This document shows, one piece after another, positions 50,140 through 62,414 of a DNA stretch of 64,000 nt. The stretch is from assembly GCA_010093995.1 (NCBI GenBank), contig ML992513.1:369203-433202 (forward strand), in the 5' to 3' direction. This stretch comes from Elsinoe ampelina (Eukaryota). A model generated the notes under the pieces. The model worked only from the letters and a program-made list of their open reading frames with translations, ran no database searches and was not told the origin of the DNA. The position numbers and the translations under genes were made by a program. Numbering within the stretch: the stretch's first letter is position 1; the number at the start of each line of letters is the position of its first letter.

Positions 50140-53100
50140 CTCTAATTAAGCTAGTAGAGGTACAATTCTTACTTACTAAGAGGTATATTGATCGCGGCGT
50201 ATATAGCACTACTAAGGTTACTAGAGCTACTATTCGTTAGATTCGTCTATCTCTCGAGTTCTTTAGTACTCCTTATCTACTAGTCGATACTTACGCCTTA
50301 TAGCCTTACGCTCTCTTATAATAGAAGAAAGATATAAGCCTTATCTAGCTAAGCTCTTTTAGTACTAATCTCGTAAAGGACGTAATAGTCTACCTTAACG
50401 ATATTTCTACTACCTATATTAACGAAATCTAAGACTTCTTACTAGAGATTTATAACTACTAGGTGTCGATAAGTACTATCTAGAGGACAATTTACCGCCG
50501 GCGGTAGAGTTAGAAGGTAGCTAAGAAGGTAGCAGCGGAGAGAGATATAGTACTAAGGAAGAACTAGAGCTATTAGTATAAGCTATAGCTAGTAGAGTAC
50601 ATTATCTACATCGACGAGTCGGCTTATAATAAACAGACAGCGTAGAGGAGATATAGCTAGTTACTAGTAGGTAAAGAGTATATAGATATCTAGCTAAAGT
50701 AGTATAGTAAGAGGTAGAGCGTTTTACTAGCTATATCTATTAATAGCTATCTTCCTAGTACCTTAATCTACTATAGATCGATTACTAGTAATATCTTTAT
50801 TAGCTAGCTAAGAGATATAATATTACTAGAGTTACTAGCTAGCATAATCTTAGTAATAGATAATGCATTAATCTACTAGTATAACGAGGTAAAAGTAATT
50901 ATAACTAGTAAAACAAGAGGTTAATTACGTCTATTCGTTAAGATATTAAGACTTAGAAGAAGAAGAAGAAAAGCTAGTATACAAAGCACGTATAATATTA
51001 AGGGCGGAGTAGCCGGAAGCCCGGGCTATAATACTAAGATTATATAACTAATCTAAACTAGATCCTAACTAAATCTAGTTCGTATCTATCTTATATTACT
51101 ACTTTCTCTCTTAAGCGTATTTACTCTTAAATACTATTATATATTATTTATTAATCTATTTCGGCCTTAGCTTATCTAATAAGAGTCTAGATAGTTACGT
51201 AGCATATCGGCTACTCCTTTAAGATTGTTAATTAGCTACTAGGTAAGATTCTCTAGATAGCCTTTCTAGCTTATATAAGTAACTAGCTTTCCTTATAGTA
51301 AGTATATATTAATTATATTATTTACCTTATACTTCTCTTTACTATCGACCTCTATTAGAGGTAGTTCTTTAAAGGCTTAGCCTAGTAAGGGATTGTTCGG
51401 GTGTTTAGTAAGTAGATTAGCGTAAAACACTAAATAAATCCTTTATAAAGAGGCTAGTAAATTAAGCTTATATACTAGTAGTAATTGTTTCTTAAGGATC
51501 TTATAGAGACTAACATACTTTAGTAGTAGCTTTAGATTGCCTTATAGCTAGAGGTTCTTCGTCGATAGCTAAACTAAATCGCTAGCCTCGAACTCTATTA
51601 GCTAGTAGTACTTATTAGCTTATTCTACTATCTATAACTATATAATAGTAAGGTTAGCCTTAGTAATAGCTAGTGCCTCTTTTAGTTGCTTAGTAAGTGC
51701 GCAGATGTCGACCTTATTTAGCTTAGCTCTTATTAATAGTGTATTAGAAGGGGGCTAGAAGCTTAGCCTTAGCTTATACTCTCTAGTAACCTTAAATAGC
51801 AATAACTTAGTACTCTCTAATAGGTTAATATTAGCGGAGAATTCTACGACTAGTAGAACAAGTGTCTAATTACTAAAGCGTATAGCGTATAAATAGATAA
51901 CTTACTTAAACTTACAATTTATAACCTCTAATTAGCTATCTATTTATAGATGCCCTATAGTAGACAGTTTAGTAGTAATCTTTAAGATTTAGTAGAGCCT
52001 CTTCTATACGTCGCTAACGAACTAAGGGCCGCGATCCGAGGTAATACTATCTAGTAGACTATATAGTTTCTATACGTAGAAGAATAATAGCTTAGTAGTC
52101 TTAAACGCTAAAGTACTACCTTCTCCGGAGAAGTATAGAATTAAGTACTATTCCTTAGATAGGTAGTCGACGATATAGAGTACTACGTTATAACTATCTA
52201 CTAAGGGTAGACTAGTAACAAAGTCTATAGTAATGTATTGCTATAGTCTTACCGGAATAGGCAATAGAGAGAGGAGACTAGCTAGTAGGCTATAGTAAGC
52301 CTTTAACTATTTATAGTTATAGTAGTTAATAATAAACCTCTTTATATTACTATTGTATCTAGGAATATAGAAGGTAGTTTTAATTATAGTAGACGTCTTA
52401 GTAGCTCCCCTATATACGTAGTCTTTTAATGTATAAACCTCTTAGATAACTTTTATAGCTATAGAGAAAGGCACGATTAATCGGCTATCGGCCTATAGTA
52501 TCCCCTTCTCGATTATAACATTAGTCGACAGTAGCTATTTCCTCTTTAGGAAGGCCTCTATTATATAGTAGATACCGCGAACTGTTTCGAAGTTAGAGTC
52601 TTATAAGTTAGCTTTAGCTACTTTATTAAATAATAGTAAAGTTTACTCTCCTAAGGTCGAAATAGGTACTATATAGGTGCCTAGCTCGCGAGCTAAAATA
52701 GGCAGCGAACTAGTTCCTAAACTAGGTCCTAGTTTAGAAGCCGAACTAGATAGTAGTATAGGTAGTAAACTAGACAACGAACCGGTTCTTAGTTTAGCTT
52801 AAGTTACGAATCTAGTTTAGATACGGCCTAGATTTAGTTCGTTAATAATATACTAATTAAGCACTTTATGTAGTAATAGCGTCTAGCGTAAGTTAGGGTT
52901 CTCCTTTAAGCGTAGTATATCTCTATTCCTCCTTATAAGGGCGTTAGCTTTACTATTAGCTATACTAGGCCTATATATAATTTTAAAGTTAAACTACGCA
53001 AGGTAGAGGGCCTAGCGTGCTTAGCGGCGTAATAGCTTCTAAGTCTTTATAAAGTGCATTAAGGATTAGTAGTTAGTAAGGACGTAGATAGCCTTATCGG

Positions 53101-56100
53101 ATTAAGTACTTATAAGCTTAGAGGCCTACTCTTCGAAGGCTTAGATAATAGCTAGTAGCTCCTTATTATAGATAGCATAGTTATACTTAGCTTTGTTTAT
53201 AGACTTGCTAAAAAAGGTAATAGGCTAGAGAATGTTAGACTTGTTGTATTATAATAGAATTCCTATAGTAGTAGTATTAGAAGCGTTAGTCTCGAGAACT
53301 ATCTACTTTAAGTAATCGAAATACGTAAGAATAGGCGCACTTATAATAGTGTACTTTATATAGTTAAAAGCAGTAGTATATTTATTGTTCTATAGCGTAG
53401 CATTCTTCTTAAGTAGGTCGTTTAATAGCTTAGCGATAGTACTAAATCCCTTAATAAAGTAGCAATAGTAGCTATAGAAACTAATAAAGCTTCTTACCTA
53501 AGTAGTATTACTAGGAGCTAGCTATTTCTAGGCTTGTATAGCTTCTATCTTCTTTAGATCTATTTTAACTCTATCTTAGCTAACAATAATACTAAGATAC
53601 TTTACCTCCGTTAGGTAGAACTTACTCTTCTTAATGTCGGCGTTTAGGCCTAATTCGTAGAGCCTCTAAAGCACTAGCTTAATATACTTAGTGTGCTCTT
53701 AGTAGAAGCCGTTCGTATAGATAAGAATATTATCTAGATAGATTAATATAAAGCGCTCTAGTATATTAACGAAGTTATAATTTATAAACCTCTACTAGAC
53801 TATAAAGGCATTAGTAAGGCCGAATAGTATTACTAGCTACTTAAAGTTACCTATACGTATAGAGAATATAGTAAGATCTTTACTATTAACGGAGTAATAG
53901 AGACAGTAGAAGGCTTAATAGATATTAATCTTACTAAACTATTTAGCCTTACTTACGCGCGTAAGTGTTTCTTTAATAAGGAGTAGAGGATAGATGTCTT
54001 ACTTAGTTACCTTATTAAGGCTATAGTAGTTAATATAGAGACGAAGTTCTCTATCTAGCTTATAAATAAAGAGAATAGGTAAGAAATAGCTAGTAGAACT
54101 TAGTGTAATAAAGCCTTTATTAAGATATTCTTAGATGAATTATTCTACTATATTAAGTTCTTCTAGTAATAGGTAGCGTAAAGGCTCTATATATAGTAGC
54201 TTAGTACTATCTTTAAGTATAATACAGTTATTAAAATCCGGCCGATGCTAAGAGAGTATATTAGATTATTCTTTAGAGAAGATATTAGTAAACTTCTATA
54301 ACTCCTCTAGGAGAACTACTATAGGATTTAGTTCTAGCTTAGAGGCTATCTAGTAGTAGTCTTTAATATTCTTTACCGAGATTATAAACACCTCGTTCTC
54401 TTAGTATTTAGCTACTAATATAAAGGCAGCTACGCCGATAAAGGCGATAGTTAGCTCTTCTTATTTAGCATTACTTACGTAGGTAGGTACGTAGAAGAAC
54501 TTATATATTAACTAAGTACTATAGGAGATTAGCTTAAACTCTCCTTAATTTAGCTTAAAGTTTAACTTAAGAGCTAGTAGCTAATATAGTCTAGTTTGTC
54601 CTAACTTAGTAGCCGAGCTAGAATCTAGTTAGCGAGCTAAACTAGAACCGAACTAGTTCTAAACTAGAATAGGGATTTTGCCGAGCTAGATTCCTAGATC
54701 TAAGCTAGGCTTAGATCTAGATCCTAGCCTTTTAATTAGCTATAGTAGCTCCTACTTAATAATAACTAGTAAAAACTCTTCTTTGTACGTGACTTAGCTA
54801 TGCTTATAGTCGATAGTAGCCCTATTAGCCTTAAGCTAGCTAAGGCTAAGGATAATGTTAAATTAGCTAATATCTATAATACGAAAGGTAGTAAGGTTAT
54901 TTAGCTTACTAGAAACGGTAGTAGTAAGGGGAACGCTATATATAACTTGCTCTATTAGAACACTATTATAGGCTTAAAGCTAAATAGGGCTAGCTAGTGC
55001 TACGGGGCAGCTAAAGCTCTTTAGCTTATTAAGAATGTTATAATTAACTACGGCGCTAATAAGCGCGCTAGTGTCGATAAAGGCTTAAAGTGTAATAGTA
55101 TAAGAGTAGTTATAAGAGTTATAAATAGTAATAGGAGTTATAATAGCGGGGATATAGTAGCTAATAACGCTATTTAGTAACTATATACCTCTAGATCTAT
55201 CTTAAATTACTCTTATTTCGCTAGAGAATAGGACTTGTCCTCCGGCTACTTATTTCTCTAGCTAGAGTAGCTAGTAGACTTATAGTCTATTTCGGGGTTA
55301 AACTAAGGCTAAACTAGATCTAGTTCGTAGGCCGAACTAGTATTAACCTAGTTACTTAATTTAGCTAAGCGATCCTAAAGCTACTATATCTCCTTTACGG
55401 CGCTAATATATATAGAGTATATAGTAGCGTAAGTAGCCTTCTCTAAGGCGCTAGCTATACACTTAGTAGAGATATGTCTAGGCTTACTACATGCGTAATA
55501 GGTAAGTACTAGAGCTAGATAGAAAGGCTATAGAGTACCTCCGGTAATAGAGTAGAAGGTAGGTAGAGCTATAGGTATAGAGGTAAAATAAGGTACATAA
55601 GTAGGTATAGTAGCGGCGTAGCTTATAGCTAGCATAGAACACAAAGCCTAAGTGCGCTTAGTAATAAGGTTGTTCTATTAGATATTATAGTTAGTAGCGT
55701 AGGCCTTAGTAATAAAAGTAGTAAGGTTATTAGTGTCGTAGTTAACTAGAGCATTGCGTAGCTTATTAGATATCTTCTAATAGATCTAGTATAGCTACTT
55801 CTCTTTAGCAATCTTAGCGTAAAGGGCGTACTTATTAAACTCACTAATAAAGGAGTTAAATATGCTATTACGCTAGAAGAGGTTAGCGAACTAAGTACGT
55901 ATAGTAGCTCTATAGTTAGGATCCTTAAAGCGCTAGGCTAGGAGAGTAAGGACCTCTTCGACGCTAATAACGTTATTACTAGCTAAGTCTATAATAAGGG
56001 TATAAGCTTCTCTAGAGAGGCGTAAGTATAGATAGGCAAACTAGGTATCTCTTATAGAGAAATAATCTACGTTAGTATATATCTTATTCCTTATCTAGTA

Positions 56101-57390
56101 CTTAAAGACCTTAAACTACTCTAGTATACCTATGCTAAAGACGGTAGGGTCTAGTATCTTTTCTAATAAGATAGAGCTATATATAGAAAGAGCTAGTATA
56201 CTACGCTCTATTTCGTTTTTTAGTTAGTTTACCTTAGCCTTAAGCTCTTAGATTTTGTCTAGGTAGTAAGTAGCTTAGGTAGTAACGCTATTAGTATAGA
56301 ACTAAGATACGTCTAGTTTAGATTAGAGGTTACCGAGCTAGGCCTAAGTAGTATCTAACTCGTAGTAATAGTAGAGAGTATTAGTATAAGCGCCTTTTAC
56401 CTATGTAGTTTACTTATTATAGAAGAACTTAATATAGTTAAATATATCTCTTAGTGCCTATATACTATACTCTTCCTATAGCTTCTTAAGGAGTATAGCG
56501 TTAGAGAGAGTAAAAAGATTATAGTAGAGAGAGTAGATAGAAGCGTCGTTATTATCGGGGATAGATTAAAGTAGCTTACTTTAGTAGCGCTCTTCGTTGC
56601 TATAGTTAGATCGAGCTATACTTAGCGTAGTTAGTTATAAATAAAATAGTATAAAACGTTAATACGTAATAAAGGGAATATTAAAATTTTTAGCCGGTAG
56701 TCTACTTCCTTTAAGAGTCGTCTATAACTTAACTTATTACCTTCTTCTTATATCTTTAAGGTTTATAGTATTAACCTATATAGTAGTAGCGAGGATCTAT
56801 TATAGTATACGCGGGAACTATAGTTATAATAGCTTCTTCTTTAATTCTTTAATTCTTTATAAGTAGTAGTTATTAGTAGTTATATAAGTAGTAGAATAAC
56901 TAGATAATTTAATAGCTCTATTACTTAGTTGTAGTTGTTACGAAGTCTCGATATAGCAATTACAACTAGCAAAATAAGAGGTTAATTACGTCTATTTGTT
57001 AAAATATTAAGACTTAGAAGAAGAAGAAGAAAAGCTAGTATATAAAGCATATATAATATCGAGAGTAAAGCGGCTAGAAGCCTAGGCTACAATACTAAGA
57101 TTATATAACTAATCTAAACTAGATCCTAACTAAATCTAGTTCGTATCTATCTCGTATTAAAAAGAGCTAGTATAAGAGTATAGAAGTTACCTTAAATACC
57201 TACTACTATATTTACTAGATTTTAATCTAATCGAGTAGTCGTTTATAGTGTTAAAAGCGTAGGTAAAGTAATACTATAATCTTGTTAATAGCTATAACAA
57301 TTACATCGATTTCTTAGAGCTAGTAGTAATAGCATATAGTAGATAGTATACTAAGATACACTTTAAGAGCTACAGATATAGTATAAAGTT
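50140..57390 (+). pseudogene. RIP-inactivated DD34E transposase of element B, split by gypsy 2 (ends approximate)
   Basis: IYIDESA (~50604), VMDNA.IH (~50853) and YLPPYSPDFNPIE (~57197); removing the gypsy restores EVKELV and the 34-residue D-E spacing. Confidence 0.85.
50896..57159 (-). mobile_element. RIP-degraded Ty3/gypsy LTR retrotransposon 2, nested in the transposase of element B
   Basis: 203-bp LTRs at 50896-51098 and 56957-57159; TSD AAAAG; RT IYLD(D)ILI near 53735; integrase SITSDRGPQFV near 52030. Confidence 0.92.
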
Positions 57391-57449
57391 ATAGGAGATT
57401 TATATTAGCTTATAAGAGATTACTTATGTTAAACAATTTAATACTAAGA

Positions 57450-60400
57450 AATAGTAAAAACTCTTTATAGCTATACTTCTCTCTCTATACTACCTCTATA
57501 CCTCTCTAAGTTAAATTAATTAATCTATCTCGGCAGCTAAACTAGATTAATGCCTAATTCGCTAGCTAGTAGAGACAATCTACCTATCTTAGCTAGCGAA
57601 ATAGCTATTTTACTAAGCTATAAGACAGGTAGCTTATCTATTTTAGCTACTAAGATAGGCACTAATATTACCTATATTAATCTACCCTAGCTCTTTTAAC
57701 TATCTTAGCGTAGTACTAGCGCTTAAAGAGGCTTATCTAGTGTTAAATCTAGTAAAGGAGGCCTTTATTAAAGGCCTAGTTATTTCTCTATCTATCTACG
57801 TAAATGTCTCTTAATCTATTAAGATTATAATTCTCCTTTTTTAGCTTAAATTCGACCTGAGATAATAGCTTAATATTGCCTCTAAAGCTTCTCTTACTCT
57901 TTAGCTAATTAAAAAATTTAGTTAATACCTTATAGAGATTAGTCTTAAAGATAATAGGTAAGGATCTTAGTTTAGTAGAAGAAGGCATAGAGCATATATA
58001 AGAGTTTAGAGCGATTATATTAGTAATATTAATATAGTTAATAGAGGTTGTTAAAGGCGCTAGTAGTGCTAGCGGCGCTAGTAGTACTAGCGGTGCTAGT
58101 GCTAGTATTAGTATTAGAGGTGTTAGAGAAGTACTTAAAGAGATACTTCTTATACTACATAGCTTACTCTAATTAAGCGACAGAGCAAGGCCTAGAGGAG
58201 ATTACTTAAGTAAGGCTCTACTGTTACGAATAGTACTAAACTAAGTAAGCTTATCTATTATAGAGACTCGTTAGTGCTTACTAGTAACAGTGCGCTAGTA
58301 AAGGCCTTAATAGTTAGTATAGCTACGATCACTATAACTCTATAAGCTCTCTAAGTCCGGCTCCTTATTGCTATTTACGCCTTTAAGCGCACCTTGTACG
58401 TCACGAAAATCCTAAGGCTAGAACGGCTGGAACGGCTGGCGAGCGCTAGCCTCGCTAGCGAGCGCTGGCGGCGCTAGTAATAACGTTCTCCGCGGGATAC
58501 GAGCTACCCCCAGGAAGCAAGCCCCCCTTTAGAAGCTAGAAAGCGGTGAGATAGGGCCGAAGATACCCCGACAAGCTAGTTTTAGTGAGAGATGTACATC
58601 TTGGCATACCTTATAGCTTCTTAATCGATCGAGCTTGTTGTTGACCCCTTTAATCTATATCGTTAGTATAGAGGCTCTTAAGGCTAAGGCTTAGAGTTAG
58701 TGTTTTTAGCTTATAATTAAGACCTTAGAAAGCGCTAAAGAACCTATTTTACAGTGTAGAATTGCTTCCTTATGTCCTTTAGCTACATAGCACTATTTAC
58801 TAACTCTAGCTATCTCTAACCTCTTACTATAGAGAACTTATCTCGGCTTAACTAGCTTAACTAGCTTAACTGTTTAAGTGCTTAATAATAATCTCTTTCT
58901 TCTCTACTACCTTCTCTATTACTTATATAGTAGTGTTAGCCTTATCTACCTTAACGCTATTAACCTCTAGTGTGTATTAATAACCTCTTATAGCCTCTTA
59001 CTCTTTCTTAGCTATATAGAGGCGTTAGATAGTAGCTTAGTAATCCTTTACGGAGTGTTAGTATTAAGCTTAAAGAGTTTACTAGTTAGCTATAGAGGTA
59101 GATTAACAAAGTTACTTAGCTAATTTAACTCTCCTTTTATAAGTCTTATTATACTTTTTATCTATATTAACTACCTTCTTATTAATAGCTAACTACTTAC
59201 TAACCTTTTTAGTACTAAGTACTACTTCTCTAGAGAGGTAGCCTCTCTTCTACTTCTTCTATAAAGTCTTCTTCTTAGCACGCTAAGTGACCTTATAGAG
59301 TTAATTCTTAAGCAAGATAGCCCTCTACTCCTCTACCTCCTTACCCTTATAAGCTTAGATAAAGGCCTTATAAAGTTGTTAAATTACACTCTATTAGTAG
59401 CTAATAACTCGCTACTAAGCATCGATACGTTACTTAGTAAGGTAATTAAGCTTCTAGTAGAACTACTAGTTGGTTTTAATAGGGGTATTACTAGTTAGTA
59501 AAGAGTTAAAGGATTAGTAAGGGGGTATTAAAGGCAGTAGAGAAGTAACTTCTTAAGGAGTTAAGAATTATAAGAATTATAAGAATTATAAGAATTGTAA
59601 GGATTGTAAGAATTATAAAGGCTATATAGATTAATATTAAATTTGTACAATTACAACCTCTAAATCGAGAGGCATTAATCTAGTTACTCTAAAGGCTATT
59701 ATTTGCTTAAGCTCTTTAAACACTTTATTACATATAGTAGTATAAGCCTTAAGGAAGTAGTACTTATTAATCTAATTAATCCTCTTATATATAATATTAT
59801 AGATTGCCTCTTAATAGTTGTACTTTAGTTATAAGAAAATTAAAATGTTAAGAGGCTAAAGAAAGTAAGAGGTATAAGGTAGTAGCTTAGCGAGGATAAT
59901 ATAGTACTTATAGGCTAGCTAGATAAATTCGGCTATAAGGTATAAGTAATAACTGTTAAGGATAAGTAATCTCTAGTAATATTTAAGATTCTTCTTCTTT
60001 ATAGCCTTACTATTATTATCTACTAGCTAGGTATAAGGATTAAAGTGCTCTTTTAACTAGTAGAGAGTAATCTTATCGTTTAACTAGCTAGTTAGTAAGG
60101 TAGTAATAGAGGCCTCTTTACATAAGAAGCGCGCTAGTAGTTAGATTAGCTCCTTAATCTAATTCTCTATTAGGGTCTCTTCTTTAAGAATAAAGAAAGA
60201 AGGTACTTAACAGCTAGCTATATTAACTATTTTAATTGTCGTAGCCTACTTACGCTAGCCTAGCTACCGTAAATAGGTTTAATACTAATCTTATATTCGT
60301 GCCTATATCTAATCTAACTCTATTACGCTAATATAGTAGCTAATTTCGTCTATATTATAAAGGTTATAACCCTTAACTTAGTACTTCTAATAGAGGCCTC

Positions 60401-61900
60401 TAATAAGGTTATACTAGTGCCTAATCTTGTTAAAGTTCTCTATCTCTTCTAAACGAACAATATCTATAGCTAGACGCTATGCTATACTAATTTCGTAGTG
60501 CCTTTATCGAAAGCGCTTATACTAGTGCGTACTAAGAGGCCTAAAGATAGTATTTAGTAGTAACTTTAAGGTTTGCGATAGAAGTAGATAAGTGTAATCT
60601 ATAAGCTAGCGACTACTAAGATTAAAGCCTCTACTAGCTAGAAACTCGATTAAGCTAATAAGGGCTTATTCTTAACTAGGTATAAGTCGTTACTAGTGTT
60701 AATATAACTCGAAGTATAATACTTACTTACCCTTTAGCTAGTGACTTAGAGTCTTACGTTTTACTAAGAGAAGCGTTTTATAAGCTAATAGATAGAAATT
60801 GTGCCTTTTAAGGCTTAATACTTATAGATAGCTATAATAATTTACTCTTTATAGTGGATTTTAGCAGTTGTTAGTATTACGAAGTAGTTTATATTAGGTA
60901 AGGAAGTATAAGATCGAGGGGTAGATTATAGAAGTTTTAATTACTCGATTAGGCAATAGAATCGGGGCAAATTTAGCACCTCCGATTAGCTTCTTCGGGC
61001 CGTTTATCTATTTTAAGAATATTAGCTAAGGTAGGCTCGCTTTCTAAGAGTAGCTTATATCTCTACGGAGAATATTAGCTAGGACATAGAGTAAGCTAGA
61101 AATGCTAGAAACGCTAGAAACGTAGCAATCGCTACCGTTTCTAAGCGTTTCTAGGCTTTAGGATTTTCGTAACGTAATTAGCTTATTACTAACCCTCGGC
61201 CTTATAAAGATTATAACTACGATAGTACTAACTTAACTAGAGGTATAGTCTACCTTACTAGAGCTAGTCTAAGGCTTAAAAACTATAAAGGCCTTAGTAG
61301 AGGTACTATTAAAGAGCTTAGAACTAGTATAGTTAAGGCTAGCTATACTACTTAAAGAGGTAGTATAGAGTTTATAGCAGCTATAGACTTTTTTACCTCG
61401 GCTATAAGGCTAACTCTAAGTAACTAGCGGCCTTCTTTAAGCTACTCTATAAGCTTATTAATTAGCCTTTATATCTTAGCTAGCTAGAAGAAGGCTAATT
61501 TCTATACGTTACTACGACTAAGGCCTTTATAGGTAGTAGAGCACTTAATAATAAGTAGCTTAAGTTAAGCTTAAGTAATAAAGCTAGTCTTCTCTAGTAA
61601 CTACTCCGAGATTAATAACTAGCTAATATTAATAGCCTCTTTAAACATATACTTATTATTAAATAGCGTCTTACTACTAAGCTTTACTACTAATTTTACC
61701 TCTACCTTATAACTATAATATAGAGTATCTAAGTTATCTAGATTACTCTCTAGTAACTCTAGTAACTATAATAACTCTAGCACTTATATAGCCTCCTCTT
61801 ATGTTATATTTACTTCTTTAACTAACTACCTTAGCTAGTCTCTTACTAGTGTTAATCTTATCTAGAAGTGTGTTAGTTATACTATAGCTTAGAAGGCATA
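57450..61900 (-). pseudogene. RIP-inactivated second ORF of element B, split by the pogo element (ends approximate)
   Basis: De-RIP LWSCSDRSCTNYQGLCWRTVTGKH at 58274-58345; blocks shared with the second ORF of element A. Confidence 0.6.
58399..61174 (-). mobile_element. RIP-degraded pogo/Fot1-like DNA transposon (2776 bp), nested in element B
   Basis: TIR CGTCACGAAAATCCTAA.. / ..TTAGGATTTTCGTAACG with TA flanks; DDE_1-type de-RIP motifs LILD..H (~59960) and LPPHTSHFLQPLDI (~59845-59890). Confidence 0.88.
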
Positions 61901-62414
61901 GCGTATAGCTTGCTTAGTAAGTCGCTTAAGAGCTTAGTTAGTATTTAGAACACTTAGATAAGCTACTACTAGAGGTACTTAAGGTACTAGAGTGTATAGT
62001 CTAATTATTAGTCCTTAGTAGAGGTGCTTCTTTACCTTATCTAGAGAGCTTAAGGAGAGGGTTAGTAACTATAACAATTACCTTACTAGTAGCGACAATA
62101 GTAGTAACAACGCTAGAAGGCTAGAGCCTATCTCTATTGCCTCCTACGCCGCTCTAGAGAGTCTCTTTATATAGCTAGTATAATAGCTAGTCTATATAGT
62201 AGTACGCTTACAAGCTATAACTACTAGCTTAATCTATACTAGTACTCTATTACACCTTATTTCAGCTTTAATTTTTACTTAATTTAGCGCTAATAACGAG
62301 CAATTACTATCTATATTATCTCTAGACTTTTAGCTACTAAATTTTAGTAATATAAGGTTAGTATAAAATACTACTAAGCCTAGAGGTAGCTTGTTTAAAG
62401 TAAATTTAACTATA

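Larger units (their letters stand above)
49945..62412 (+). mobile_element. Tc1/IS630-like TIR transposon B (3421 bp net of two nested elements), RIP-degraded
   Basis: ~90-bp TIR: TAGTTAAATTCGCTTTAAACGAGCTACCCCCGGGCTTAG.. against ..CTAAGCCTAGAGGTAGCTTGTTTAAAGTAAATTTAACTA; TA on both sides. Confidence 0.85.
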
